A DNA stretch of 27,508 bases from an uncultured Candidatus Saccharibacteria bacterium (lineage in GTDB: Bacteria; Patescibacteriota; Minisyncoccia; UBA6257; CAYSDW01), in contig CAZUVI010000001.1 of the NCBI GenBank assembly GCA_964623795.1, forward strand, positions 8,315 to 35,822, read 5' to 3'. The notes beneath the pieces were generated by a model. It saw only the letters and a program-made list of their open reading frames with translations. It made no database searches and was not told the origin of the DNA. Below, one piece after another: positions 1-8,439 of this stretch (positions are counted from its first letter, which is position 1; every line of letters starts with the position of its first letter). Both the position numbers and the translations under genes were made by a program.

Positions 1-90
1 GAGACTGCGGATAGGAGCACGGCGGCCCACTTCGAGCACACGGTGCTTGTGGGCAAAGACGGGCCGGAGATCCTTACGCTCGAGATATAA
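1..90 (+). CDS. map: Methionine aminopeptidase, C-terminal end (partial)
   Basis: Frame 1 reads ETADRSTAAHFEHTVLVGKDGPEILTLEI*, matching the type I MetAP C-terminal motif (A/S)AHFEHTxxxTxxGxEILT. Not in the ORF track. Confidence 0.85.
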   Translation, partial: ETADRSTAAHFEHTVLVGKDGPEILTLEI

Positions 91-106
91 TAGAAGCACC
101 CGCTCA

Positions 107-868
107 ATGGCTAAACCGTTCCTCTCGGTGGTGATACCGGCGTACAACGAGGCGAAGCGCATCCCGCTTACGCTCATAGACATAGACAAGCATCTGCACG
201 CGTGCGATTTCAGCTACGAGATCATCGTGGTTGACGACGGCTCGAAGGACGCGACTGCCGAGATCGTGAACCGTTTCATTCCGCTCGTGAGGAATCTCAA
301 GCTCATCGACAACAAGGTGAACCGCGGCAAGGGCGCGGTGGTGCGGCAGGGGATGCTCGCCGCGAAGGGCGCCCTCCGGCTCTTCACCGACGCGGACAAC
401 TCCACGTCCATCGACCAGTTCAATAAAATGCTGCCGCACTTCAAGGAGGGGTATGACATCGTGATCGGTTCGCGCGATGTCGAAGGCGCGCGTCTCGAAC
501 CGCCGCAACCCTGGCATAAGCGGCTTCTGGGCAACCTCGGCAACCTCTTCATTCAGACCGTGCTCCTCCCGGGCATATGGGACACGCAGTGCGGCTTTAA
601 GGCGTTCCGCGAGGAGGCGGTTGAGGAGATCTTCCCCATGCTCACGATCGATCGGTGGGGGTTCGACATCGAGATCCTCTCGCTCGCGCGGGCGCAGGGC
701 TACCGCATCAAGGAGGTCCCTGTGGTCTGGGTGAACGACCCCCACTCCCATGTGAAGCCGACGGCTTATTTGCAAGTGCTCTGGGAAACCATTACAATCC
801 GCTGGCGGCTTTATCGCGGCAGATACCCGCTTCGCCACCCGGCACTTCCGGAAAACGCGGGAGTATAA
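107..868 (+). CDS. GT2 glycosyltransferase, polyprenyl/dolichyl-phosphate hexose synthase-like (ALG5/DPM1 type)
   Basis: LSVVIPAYNEAKRI, IIVVDDGSKD, NRGKGAVVR, FTDAD (DxD), DTQCGFKAF, WGFDIEIL. The ATG at 107 is preferred over the ORF-track start at 47, which overlaps map. Confidence 0.9.
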   Translation: MAKPFLSVVIPAYNEAKRIPLTLIDIDKHLHACDFSYEIIVVDDGSKDATAEIVNRFIPLVRNLKLIDNKVNRGKGAVVRQGMLAAKGALRLFTDADNSTSIDQFNKMLPHFKEGYDIVIGSRDVEGARLEPPQPWHKRLLGNLGNLFIQTVLLPGIWDTQCGFKAFREEAVEEIFPMLTIDRWGFDIEILSLARAQGYRIKEVPVVWVNDPHSHVKPTAYLQVLWETITIRWRLYRGRYPLRHPALPENAGV

Positions 869-880
869 AATTCTTATTTT

Positions 881-1345
881 ATGACGGACAATAAATTTTA
901 CGTGACCAAGGAGCGTCTCGAGGAGCTGCAGAAGGAGCTTGAGACGCTGAAGACCGAAAAACAGATCGAGGTGGCGGAGCGGCTGAAGCGCGCCAAGGAG
1001 TTCGGCGATCTTTCCGAGAATTCCGAGTACTCGGAGGCAAAAGAGGAGCAGGCGCAAGTGGCGGGCCGCGTCTTCGAGCTTGAGAACATGATCAAGAACG
1101 TGGCCATCATCAAAAAGGCCGCGGGCAAGGAAACGGTTCAGATCGGCTCGACTTTTACGGTGAAGAAGGACGGCCGGGAGTTCCGCTACACTCTGGTGGG
1201 TTCGGAAGAGGCCCATCCTGCCGAAGGCAAGATCTCGAACGAATCGCCCCTGGGACGGGCGTTCCTGGACAAGAAAGCGGGCGCGTCGGTGATGGTGGAG
1301 ACGCCGGGCGGCAAGGTGGAGTATCTTCTCGTTTCGATCGAGTAG
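881..1345 (+). CDS. greA: Transcription elongation factor GreA
   Basis: AKEFGDLSENSEYSEAKEEQ and ISNESPLGRA motifs; 154 aa. Confidence 0.97.
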   Translation: MTDNKFYVTKERLEELQKELETLKTEKQIEVAERLKRAKEFGDLSENSEYSEAKEEQAQVAGRVFELENMIKNVAIIKKAAGKETVQIGSTFTVKKDGREFRYTLVGSEEAHPAEGKISNESPLGRAFLDKKAGASVMVETPGGKVEYLLVSIE

Positions 1346-1350
1346 GGGTG

Positions 1351-1515
1351 AGCACTCCTGATGTTGTACGAAAACACGTTGTCTATTTTCCCAGCGCGAA
1401 AATAGCAACTCGCTCTCGGCCGCACTCACGCTGTCGCTTGCGCTCGTCTGGCTTTGCCAGACACCGTGCCCGCTCGGCCTCCGAGACGGTTTTCTTAACA
1501 ACAGTCAGGAGTGCT
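1351..1515. repeat. Nested palindromic intergenic element A (MITE/REP-like)
   Basis: AGCACTCCTGA (1351-1361) is the perfect inverted repeat of TCAGGAGTGCT (1505-1515). Further pairings: TGTTGT/ACAACA, AAAAC/GTTTT. Inner hairpins: CTATTTTC/GAAAATAG, TCTCGG/CCGAGA, GTCTGGC-TTT-GCCAGAC. Confidence 0.7.
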
Positions 1516-1566
1516 TTTTATGGGTAGTAAAGCCGGCAAACTTGGGCGATAATAAAAGGCATATCC

Positions 1567-3000
1567 ATGCTCGACGACCTGCGGCAAGAGCGCGAACACA
1601 AGCTCGAACGACTCGCGGACCCCTATCCGGCGCGGGTGCGCCGCACGCATACCGTTGCCGAATGCCAAAAAAGGTTCGGCATGCTTTCTTTCCTCAAACG
1701 GCCCGTCGCCGTCGTTGGCCGCATCCACGGTCTCCGCGACCAGGGCAACATCATCTTTGCCGATCTTCGGGACGGAACGGGCGATATCCAGCTCGTGCTC
1801 CAAAAGAAGGGGCTTTCCAACTTTGCGGAATTCAAGGCAGCGCTCGACATCGGGGATTTTGTTGCGGCGGAAGGGGTGCTCTTCAAAACCAAGAAAGGCG
1901 AGAAGAGCGTGCGCGCGAAGAGCGCGGGGATCACCGCAAAATCGCTCCGGCCCCTGCCATCCGACTGGTACGGTCTCAAAGATCCGGAGGAACGGATGCG
2001 CCGCCGTTATCTTGATTTCGCGCTGAACGGCGAACAGCGCTGGCTTCTCGAGGCGCGCGCGGAGATCATAAGCGACCTGCGCGGCTTTTTGCGCGCGGAG
2101 GGATTTCTCGAAGTGGAAACGCCGGTACTCCAACCGATCCCCGGCGGCGCCCGAGCAAAGCCTTTTAAAACCCATTACAACGCACTGGGCCAGGATTTTT
2201 ATCTGCGCGTCGCGCCCGAACTTTACCTCAAGAGGCTCCTCGTGGGCGGTTTCGAGAAGGTGTTCGAGATCGGCAAGGTGTTCAGGAACGAAGGCATTGA
2301 CCGCGATCACAATCCGGAGTTCACGGAGCTCGAACTCTATTGGGCGTATCAGGACTATGAAGGACTGATGGGATTTGTGGAGAAGATGCTCAAGCGGTAC
2401 ATCCCGGGGAACTGGGAAAGAATTTCGTTCGCGGAACTTTTCAGGAAACATGCCGGCAAGGAGTGGTACGAAGTGCCCGAGGCCGAGCTCGACGACATCT
2501 ATAAGAGGAAGATTCGCTCGGCCGGAGCAATTGAGCGCACGACTTTTGTGACCGACTACCCGGAACGCATCATGGCGCTTGCGAAGTACAAACAGGACGG
2601 GAATGGGGGCGGCAATCCGTCTGCTGACGGAGTGAATGCTCCCGCTCGCCGCCTCACGGAGAGCTTCCAGCTTATTCCGGGGCACGAATACGTGAAGGGC
2701 GGGCCCGAGCTCGTGAAGGGGTTCTCCGAGATGAACGACCCCCGGCTCCAGCGAGCGCAGATGGAAGAACAAGAGGCGCGATTCAGGAAAGGCGATGAGG
2801 AGGAAGCGCGTCTCGACAAGGACTTCCTCGAAGCGCTCGAGTACGGCATGCCGCCGGCCGCAGGCATGGGTCTCGGCATAGACCGGCTTGTCCTTCTCGC
2901 GGTGAGGCGTCGTTTCAAAGAGAAGTTCGGGCGCGAACCGGAGGAGGTGAACGGCGTCCGCGACATTATTGCCTTTCCGACGCTTCGGCAGAAAGATTAG
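1567..3000 (+). CDS. lysS: Lysine--tRNA ligase (class II)
   Basis: OB-fold (GRI...FADLRD), EVETPVLQPIPGGARAKPF, YLRVAPELYLKRL, FRNEGID, ALEYGMPPAAGMGLGIDRL. Carries short lineage-specific insertions. Confidence 0.97.
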   Translation: MLDDLRQEREHKLERLADPYPARVRRTHTVAECQKRFGMLSFLKRPVAVVGRIHGLRDQGNIIFADLRDGTGDIQLVLQKKGLSNFAEFKAALDIGDFVAAEGVLFKTKKGEKSVRAKSAGITAKSLRPLPSDWYGLKDPEERMRRRYLDFALNGEQRWLLEARAEIISDLRGFLRAEGFLEVETPVLQPIPGGARAKPFKTHYNALGQDFYLRVAPELYLKRLLVGGFEKVFEIGKVFRNEGIDRDHNPEFTELELYWAYQDYEGLMGFVEKMLKRYIPGNWERISFAELFRKHAGKEWYEVPEAELDDIYKRKIRSAGAIERTTFVTDYPERIMALAKYKQDGNGGGNPSADGVNAPARRLTESFQLIPGHEYVKGGPELVKGFSEMNDPRLQRAQMEEQEARFRKGDEEEARLDKDFLEALEYGMPPAAGMGLGIDRLVLLAVRRRFKEKFGREPEEVNGVRDIIAFPTLRQKD

Positions 3001-3004
3001 AACC

Positions 3005-4324
3005 ATGATCGACGTCGAACTCATACGGAACGAGCCGGACCACATCCGCCAAGGCCTCAAGAACAAACAGGCCGACCCCGCGCTGGTTGATCGTTTTTTG
3101 GCGCTCGACGGCGAGTGGCGGGAAGGGGTAAAAAAGCTTGACGAGCTTCGTCACGAGCAGAAGAAGCTCGGCGAGGAGCGCAAGATCGAGGAGGCAAAGA
3201 CACTCAAGACCGCTATCAAGGAGCTTGGGGGGCGCGTTGCGGAGCTTGAAGCGAAGCGGAAGGAAACACTGCTCCTCATTCCAAACCCCCCGGACGAAAC
3301 GGTGCCGGTAGGGAAGGACGACACAGGGAACGAGGTGCTCCGTGAAGCGGGGGAGCGGCCGCAGTTCTCATTCGCGCCCAGGTCTTACGTCGAGCTCTCG
3401 GAAAAACTCGGGCTCGTGGATACCGAGCGAGCCGGCAAGGTTTCGGGCGCGCGGTTCGGCTATCTCCTCTCCGACGCGGCGCGGCTCGAGTTCGCGCTCG
3501 TGAAGCTCGCGATGGATTTCACGACAAAGCGCGAGAATCTGGAGGCGATCATCGCCGAGAAGAACCTTTCGCTCGACCCGAGGCCGTTCGTTCCCGTGGT
3601 GCCGCCGGTCCTCATCCGGCCCGAGGCGATGCGCGCGATGGGCTATGTGGAGCGCGGCGGCGATGAGATCTATTACCTCGAGAAGGACGGCCTCTACCTC
3701 GTCGGAACCTCCGAGCAGTCGGTGGGGCCGATGCATATGGATGAGGTCTTCGAAGAGCGGGACCTGCCGCGCCGTTATATCGCCTTTTCGACCTGCTTCC
3801 GCCGCGAGGCCGGCTCCTACGGCAAGGACACGAAGGGCATCCTCCGCGTGCACCAGTTCGACAAAGTGGAGATGTTCTCGACGACGACGCCGGAGGCCTC
3901 GCGTGAGGAGCACCAACTGCTCCTGGGCGTCGAGGAGAAGCTGACGCAGCTCCTCGGCATCCCGTACCACGTCCTCGCTATCTGCACCGGCGACCTCGGT
4001 GATCCTGCCGCGGCGAAGTTCGACATCGAGGCCTGGCTGCCAGGCCAGAACGAGGGGAAGGGGGAATACCGCGAGACGCATTCCACCTCGAACACCACCG
4101 ACTTTCAGGCGCGCCGGTTGAACATCCGCTACCGGAGCGCGAAGGACCGCGAGCTGCGGTTCGTGCACATGTTGAACGGGACGGCGTTCGCGATAGGCCG
4201 CATGCTCATCGCGATTATGGAGAACTATCAGACCGAGCAGGGGACTATTCGAGTCCCCGAGGCGCTCCGGTCGTATGTCGGGAAGGACGAGATCAAAGGC
4301 GAGCATGACGCGGAGCGATCCTAA
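3005..4324 (+). CDS. serS: Serine--tRNA ligase
   Basis: MIDVELIRNEPD N-terminus, LVGTSEQ, STCFRREAG, GILRVHQFDKVE, HMLNGT, ENYQ. Start ATG at 3005. Confidence 0.97.
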   Translation: MIDVELIRNEPDHIRQGLKNKQADPALVDRFLALDGEWREGVKKLDELRHEQKKLGEERKIEEAKTLKTAIKELGGRVAELEAKRKETLLLIPNPPDETVPVGKDDTGNEVLREAGERPQFSFAPRSYVELSEKLGLVDTERAGKVSGARFGYLLSDAARLEFALVKLAMDFTTKRENLEAIIAEKNLSLDPRPFVPVVPPVLIRPEAMRAMGYVERGGDEIYYLEKDGLYLVGTSEQSVGPMHMDEVFEERDLPRRYIAFSTCFRREAGSYGKDTKGILRVHQFDKVEMFSTTTPEASREEHQLLLGVEEKLTQLLGIPYHVLAICTGDLGDPAAAKFDIEAWLPGQNEGKGEYRETHSTSNTTDFQARRLNIRYRSAKDRELRFVHMLNGTAFAIGRMLIAIMENYQTEQGTIRVPEALRSYVGKDEIKGEHDAERS

Positions 4325-5417
4325 CCAGCGCAAAGGCCTCCGGACCTGGATCGAGCTCGACCGCGAAGCGGCGCGGCACAACGTGCAAGCGATGCGGGGC
4401 CTTCTCGCGCGGAAGACGCGGCTTATGGCGGTCGTGAAGTCGAACGCCTATGGCCACGGCCTGTACGTCTTCGCCAAGGTGCTCGATCGCCTGGGCGTCC
4501 ACGGCTTCTGCGTGGATTCGGTCCTCGAGGGGTTCCGCCTCCGGAAAGAGGGGATCACGAAACCCATACTCGTTCTGGGGAGCACGCTTCCCGAGCATTT
4601 CGTGGCGGCTGCGGACTCGCGCATCACGCTCACGCTCTCGACCTTCGAGGGCATCAAGGCCTACCTGAGGACCGCCCGGAAGCCGGACGTGCATCTCAAA
4701 ATAGACACCGGAATGCACCGCCAGGGATTTTTTCCCAAGGACGCTCACCGTGCGGCGGAGCTTCTCGCGCGCGACAACGTCCGCGATCGAGTTACGGGGC
4801 TCTACACCCACTTCGCTTCGGCGAAGGACGTCACGTATCCGGCGTTCACGGAGCAGCAGTTCGCGAAGTTTCTCGAAGCGGAGCGGGCGCTCCAGCGGGC
4901 CGGGTTCCGGGACCTCGTCCGTCACGCTGCGGCGACCGCGGGTACGATGCTGGGGCGTCGCTATCATCTGGATTGGGTGCGGAGCGGCATCGCGCTCTAT
5001 GGTTATTACCCATCCCGCGAGCTTGAGGTCCAGCTTCCGGAGGTGAAACTTCGGCCGGTGCTCTCGTGGCACGCGGTTGCGAGCGAAGTGAAACGCCTGC
5101 CCCGCGGCGCTTTTGTTGGCTACGATCTTACGGAGCGGTTGGGGCGGCCGACGAGTGCGGCGGTGCTTCCCGTCGGCTACTGGCACGGCATTCCGCGCGC
5201 CCTTTCGGGCACGGGGCGCTTCGTCCTCGGCCGCGTTCCCGCCCGCATCCTCGGCCGCGTATCGATGGACATGACGGTGATCGACGCGACCGACGCGCAC
5301 GCTAAGGTCGGCAGCGTCGCAACGCTCGACATGCACGACGCCATCGCGAAGAGCGGCACGACCTCGTATGAATTTCTTACGCGCATTAATCCCCTGATCG
5401 AGAGGATCGTGGTTTAG
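4305..5417 (+). CDS. alr: Alanine racemase
   Basis: PLP-lysine motif AVVKSNAYGHG, HLKIDTGMHRQG, RSGIALYG, GRVSMD. ATG 4305 overlaps the serS end by 20 nt. Confidence 0.95.
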   Translation: MTRSDPNQRKGLRTWIELDREAARHNVQAMRGLLARKTRLMAVVKSNAYGHGLYVFAKVLDRLGVHGFCVDSVLEGFRLRKEGITKPILVLGSTLPEHFVAAADSRITLTLSTFEGIKAYLRTARKPDVHLKIDTGMHRQGFFPKDAHRAAELLARDNVRDRVTGLYTHFASAKDVTYPAFTEQQFAKFLEAERALQRAGFRDLVRHAAATAGTMLGRRYHLDWVRSGIALYGYYPSRELEVQLPEVKLRPVLSWHAVASEVKRLPRGAFVGYDLTERLGRPTSAAVLPVGYWHGIPRALSGTGRFVLGRVPARILGRVSMDMTVIDATDAHAKVGSVATLDMHDAIAKSGTTSYEFLTRINPLIERIVV

Positions 5418-5422
5418 AACCC

Positions 5423-6160
5423 ATGACTGTTTCCGTACGCACCATCTACGAGAAAAAAAAGAGGGTCCGTCTCAAACTGAAGCTTACGATGCTGGCTGCG
5501 GGACTGCTCGCCGTCCTCGGCGCGTTTTCATATCTAAACTGGGAAAAGAACCTGTTCGAATTCAAGGAAGTGGTGCTGTCGGGCGCGGGTTCCCTTTCTC
5601 GTGAGGAGCTTTTGGGCGGCTTGCCCGGCCAGGGCACGGGGCCCGTCTCGTTCTTCTCGCCGGTACGCGTTTCGCATCCCGCGATCGCCGGCGCGGCGAT
5701 CCATCGCGATTATTTTAATAGAATTTTACGGATCGATATCACGGAGCGCGAACGATACGGCGTTTGGTGCGCTGACGCGTGCTTTTGGTTCGACCGCGAA
5801 GGGATGCTCTTTTCGCCGGCGCCGCGCGCCGAGGGCGCGCTCGTGCGCCGCGTTCGCGACACGACCGGCCGTTCTCTCGCATTGGGCGGGCAGGCGCTTC
5901 CCGGGGACCAGCTCCGTTCGCTCGTGATCGCCTTTGACATGCTGGAACGCGCCCGGCTCACCGTAGAGGAGGTCGTCCTTGAAGACCTCTCGCGCGCGGA
6001 GGCAACCGCCCAGCTTCTCCTCGGCCCGCGCGTCTTGTTCAGCTTGCGCAACGACCCCGCATTTGCCTATGAACCTCTCCTGAACCTTGCCGGAGAGTTG
6101 GAAAAATTGGCCTATATCGATCTCCGGACGGACCAGCGCATCTTCCTCAAATACCGCTGA
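5423..6160 (+). CDS. ftsQ: Cell division protein FtsQ/DivIB-like
   Basis: Basic N-terminus, single TM helix, POTRA-like segment (VVLSGAGSLSREEL...RIDITER), C-terminal YIDLRxxxRIFLK. Confidence 0.7.
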   Translation: MTVSVRTIYEKKKRVRLKLKLTMLAAGLLAVLGAFSYLNWEKNLFEFKEVVLSGAGSLSREELLGGLPGQGTGPVSFFSPVRVSHPAIAGAAIHRDYFNRILRIDITERERYGVWCADACFWFDREGMLFSPAPRAEGALVRRVRDTTGRSLALGGQALPGDQLRSLVIAFDMLERARLTVEEVVLEDLSRAEATAQLLLGPRVLFSLRNDPAFAYEPLLNLAGELEKLAYIDLRTDQRIFLKYR

Positions 6161-6168
6161 ATCGCGGC

Positions 6169-6189
6169 CCTGCCTGCCGGGAGGCATGG
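6169..6189. repeat. Short REP-like hairpin CCTGCCTGCCGGGAGGCATGG
   Basis: TGCCT/AGGCA stem extended by CC/GG, 8 nt after the ftsQ stop. Looks like a variant of a CCTGCCTGCCGGCAGGCAGG-type palindrome. Confidence 0.45.
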
Positions 6190-6214
6190 CCTGCTTGTTC
6201 GCGAGGGCTGTGGA

Positions 6215-6244
6215 TTGCGCCCTGAGGGGGTCGTTTGCTATACT
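6215..6244 (+). promoter_or_regulatory. Sigma70-type promoter for the downstream ncRNA
   Basis: TTGCGC (6215-6220), 18-nt spacer, TG-c-TATACT extended -10 (6239-6244). The structured RNA begins 7 nt downstream. Confidence 0.65.
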
Positions 6245-6251
6245 TACGGTA

Positions 6252-6424
6252 CGACGCGGAGAGACGGCGTCGGTGCTGGGGGCGGGCGACAGGACGCCCG
6301 GCACGGGCTGCCCTAGGAGGAGCAACACGCGGTCGACCGCACTACGGACTACCGACTCCTCCCTCGAACGGAACTGCTCGCTCCCGCACACGATCCACGT
6401 CCCGAACGCCGTCTCTCCCCGTCG
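6252..6424 (+). ncRNA. Structured ~173-nt non-coding RNA, 6S RNA-like rod (identity unconfirmed)
   Basis: Ends pair: GGAGAGACGGCGT (6258-6270) with ACGCCGTCTCTCC (6406-6418), plus CGACG/CGTCG. Then GTGC/GCAC, GGGGGCGGGC/GCTCGCTCCC and GGAGGAG/CTCCTCC. G-U pairs favour the + strand; promoter upstream, terminator downstream. Confidence 0.65.
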
Positions 6425-6479
6425 CTCCTCGCCCTTTTACACCCCAAACTACGGAGCTACTGGCTCCGCTCGCACTTTT

Positions 6480-6512
6480 GAAGCCCCGCCTCGCGGGGCT
6501 TCTCCTTATTTT
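6480..6512 (+). terminator. Intrinsic terminator
   Basis: GAAGCCCCGC-CTC-GCGGGGCTTC followed by TCCTTATTTT. Confidence 0.75.
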
Positions 6513-8410
6513 AATTTGTAGATAAAGATCGACGTGCCGGCGCGCGCGTAGGGCTTATAGGGATCCTGGATCGCGGCGAGCCAGCGATATTCATCCTCGG
6601 GTTTACGCACGAATCCAGGGGCCGTTTTCCCGAACGCGCTCTGGAGCGTGTTCACGGACACCGCAAGCCACCCGATGCCTTCTTCGCGAGGATCATTTTT
6701 TGCCGACCACCACGGAACGAAGGCGGCGCCGAGCTCGTAGCCGGGACTTCCTCCGCCAAAGTAATCCACGGCGATCGTTTCGATATTGTGCCCGCGCGCC
6801 CAGTCGCGAAGCCGATACATGTCCTGGCCCCAGTCATAGTTCGAATCAACCGCGAACCGGTAGCCGTTTTGGACGCCGCCGCCCAACTGGTTGGAATACG
6901 AGAGATAGAAGGGCCAAGCGGCCGCGACTTCGATGAGAAACGCGACGACGAGAGCCGAGAGCGCGAGTGATTTTAGAGAGAGGACGAAGAACGAGCGGAG
7001 CCGGAGCAGGAATTGCACAAAGAGCGTTCGCGGCGAGACCGCCTGCCGCTCGAGCCAACGCCGTACGGCGCCGGTCGCGAGGATATACATGAACGGCAAC
7101 GTTGGCAGGATGTGCCGCACGCCGATGTTCAGATTGCTCCTCACGCTCCATGTCCAGTAGATGAGCACAAAGAGCAGCATCGCGAATTCATAGAAGTTGA
7201 TGGTCAGGTAGTCGCCGAAGCGCGCAGTGCGGCGTGCGATCGCCCGCATGACGCCGATCATGCCAAGAAGCGTTCCGAGCGCGACGAAAACGAGGACGGC
7301 AAGCGGTTCCTTGAGCGCATAGGTTACGGGGAAGTAGTACCAAGAGCCAACGGAGGAAACTTCGCCCAAGAAGTAGCCCGTGTTCCCGCCCGCGGAACGC
7401 TGCACCACCATAAGAACGCCCAAGGCATATTCCGCAAGAGGGCGGAGATAACTTTGCCCCGCCATCCGTATCACAAGATCGGCCGGGCATCGCGCGATGC
7501 GGCACGAGGCCCCCTCCGGCGTCGGCCCGCCGGCATAGGATTCAAGAATGGAGACGGTATCCGAAAGCTGCCGTTCCGCCGGATAGTTCATGCTCACCAT
7601 GGCGTAGACGCCATAGATGAGGATGCCCCCTAAGGCCATAACCATGAGCGTGCGGGACACAAGACGAATGCCGCGGATAAAGAAGGTGGAAATGCGGGTG
7701 AGGGGGGAGATCGCATGCCAATCCCGCCACACGCCGGAGGCATAGAAGACGGCGACCAGCAGGAAGAAATAAGGGACGAGTAGGACGGCGGAGAATTTCA
7801 AGAGCTGGGCGATGCCGAAGCAGGCGCCTGCGAGGAGCAGGCGGCTCGTTTTTTGCTTATAGAGAAAGGCAACGAAGCTCCAGGTAGCGATGAAAACACC
7901 GAATGCGGCGCCGACGTCGGTCGTCACATAATGGCCGTGGGCGAGAAAAGAGGGCGAAAGGGCGACGAAGAGAGCAGGGAAGAATGCCCACCAACGGCCC
8001 ACAAGTTGGGCGGCAAGCAGGTAGATCGAGAGCACGAGGAGGAGCGTGATGGCGATCGGCGCGAGTCGGGACCAGCGGATTATCTTGTGAGCGTCGTTGC
8101 TCGATTCGTAGAGGAACTGCGTACCTATGGTCCACTGGCCGTTCACGTCGCTCTGCCACGAGGGCTTGTCGGTCGGGAAGTTGAGATCGAGCGCGAGAAG
8201 GGGGAGCGCCGAGAGTGCCTTAAGGAGCGGCGGATGTTCGGGGTTCAGGCGATCATCGAGATACTTGACGTAGCTGTAGCCCGCCGGGATGTGCGCGAGC
8301 TCGTCCATGATGGCGGAGTCGTTCACGGCGCCGTAATACAGCAGAGAGCCGGAGGCAAAAAGAAGGGCGCCGAGGAGCATCCATCGCAGAAAGGAAGCGG
8401 CAAAGGGCAT
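6506..8410 (-). CDS. Multi-pass GT-C glycosyltransferase (ArnT/PMT, GT39/GT83-like)
   Basis: DELAHIPAGYSY, RLNPEHPPLLK, SFLAHGHYVTTD, LNIGVRHILP, DSNYDWGQD; many TM helices. Confidence 0.85.
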   Translation of the reverse strand: MPFAASFLRWMLLGALLFASGSLLYYGAVNDSAIMDELAHIPAGYSYVKYLDDRLNPEHPPLLKALSALPLLALDLNFPTDKPSWQSDVNGQWTIGTQFLYESSNDAHKIIRWSRLAPIAITLLLVLSIYLLAAQLVGRWWAFFPALFVALSPSFLAHGHYVTTDVGAAFGVFIATWSFVAFLYKQKTSRLLLAGACFGIAQLLKFSAVLLVPYFFLLVAVFYASGVWRDWHAISPLTRISTFFIRGIRLVSRTLMVMALGGILIYGVYAMVSMNYPAERQLSDTVSILESYAGGPTPEGASCRIARCPADLVIRMAGQSYLRPLAEYALGVLMVVQRSAGGNTGYFLGEVSSVGSWYYFPVTYALKEPLAVLVFVALGTLLGMIGVMRAIARRTARFGDYLTINFYEFAMLLFVLIYWTWSVRSNLNIGVRHILPTLPFMYILATGAVRRWLERQAVSPRTLFVQFLLRLRSFFVLSLKSLALSALVVAFLIEVAAAWPFYLSYSNQLGGGVQNGYRFAVDSNYDWGQDMYRLRDWARGHNIETIAVDYFGGGSPGYELGAAFVPWWSAKNDPREEGIGWLAVSVNTLQSAFGKTAPGFVRKPEDEYRWLAAIQDPYKPYARAGTSIFIYKLK

Positions 8411-8439
8411 ATGATTTCAGTATATCGTTTATAATCAAG

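Noticed and set aside
104-5336. Long minus-strand ORFs 104-1501, 1495-3066, 3368-4381 and 4293-5336
   Set aside because: Antisense shadows of GT2/greA, lysS, serS and alr; expected in GC-rich DNA and carry no family motifs.
6252-6424. Possible SRP RNA, tmRNA or tRNA identity for the 6.3-kb RNA
   Set aside because: No SRP helix-8 core, no tRNA-like acceptor or T-arm and no tag reading frame on either strand.
6087-6525. ORFs across the ftsQ-GT gap (6087-6521, 6235-6525, 5726-6391)
   Set aside because: Low-complexity R/P/G translations; the region is better explained by a promoter, a structured RNA and a terminator.
7487-7500. 14-bp palindrome GCATCGCGCGATGC in the first GT-C gene
   Set aside because: Short and GC-rich, plausible by chance; I cannot show it is an insertion.
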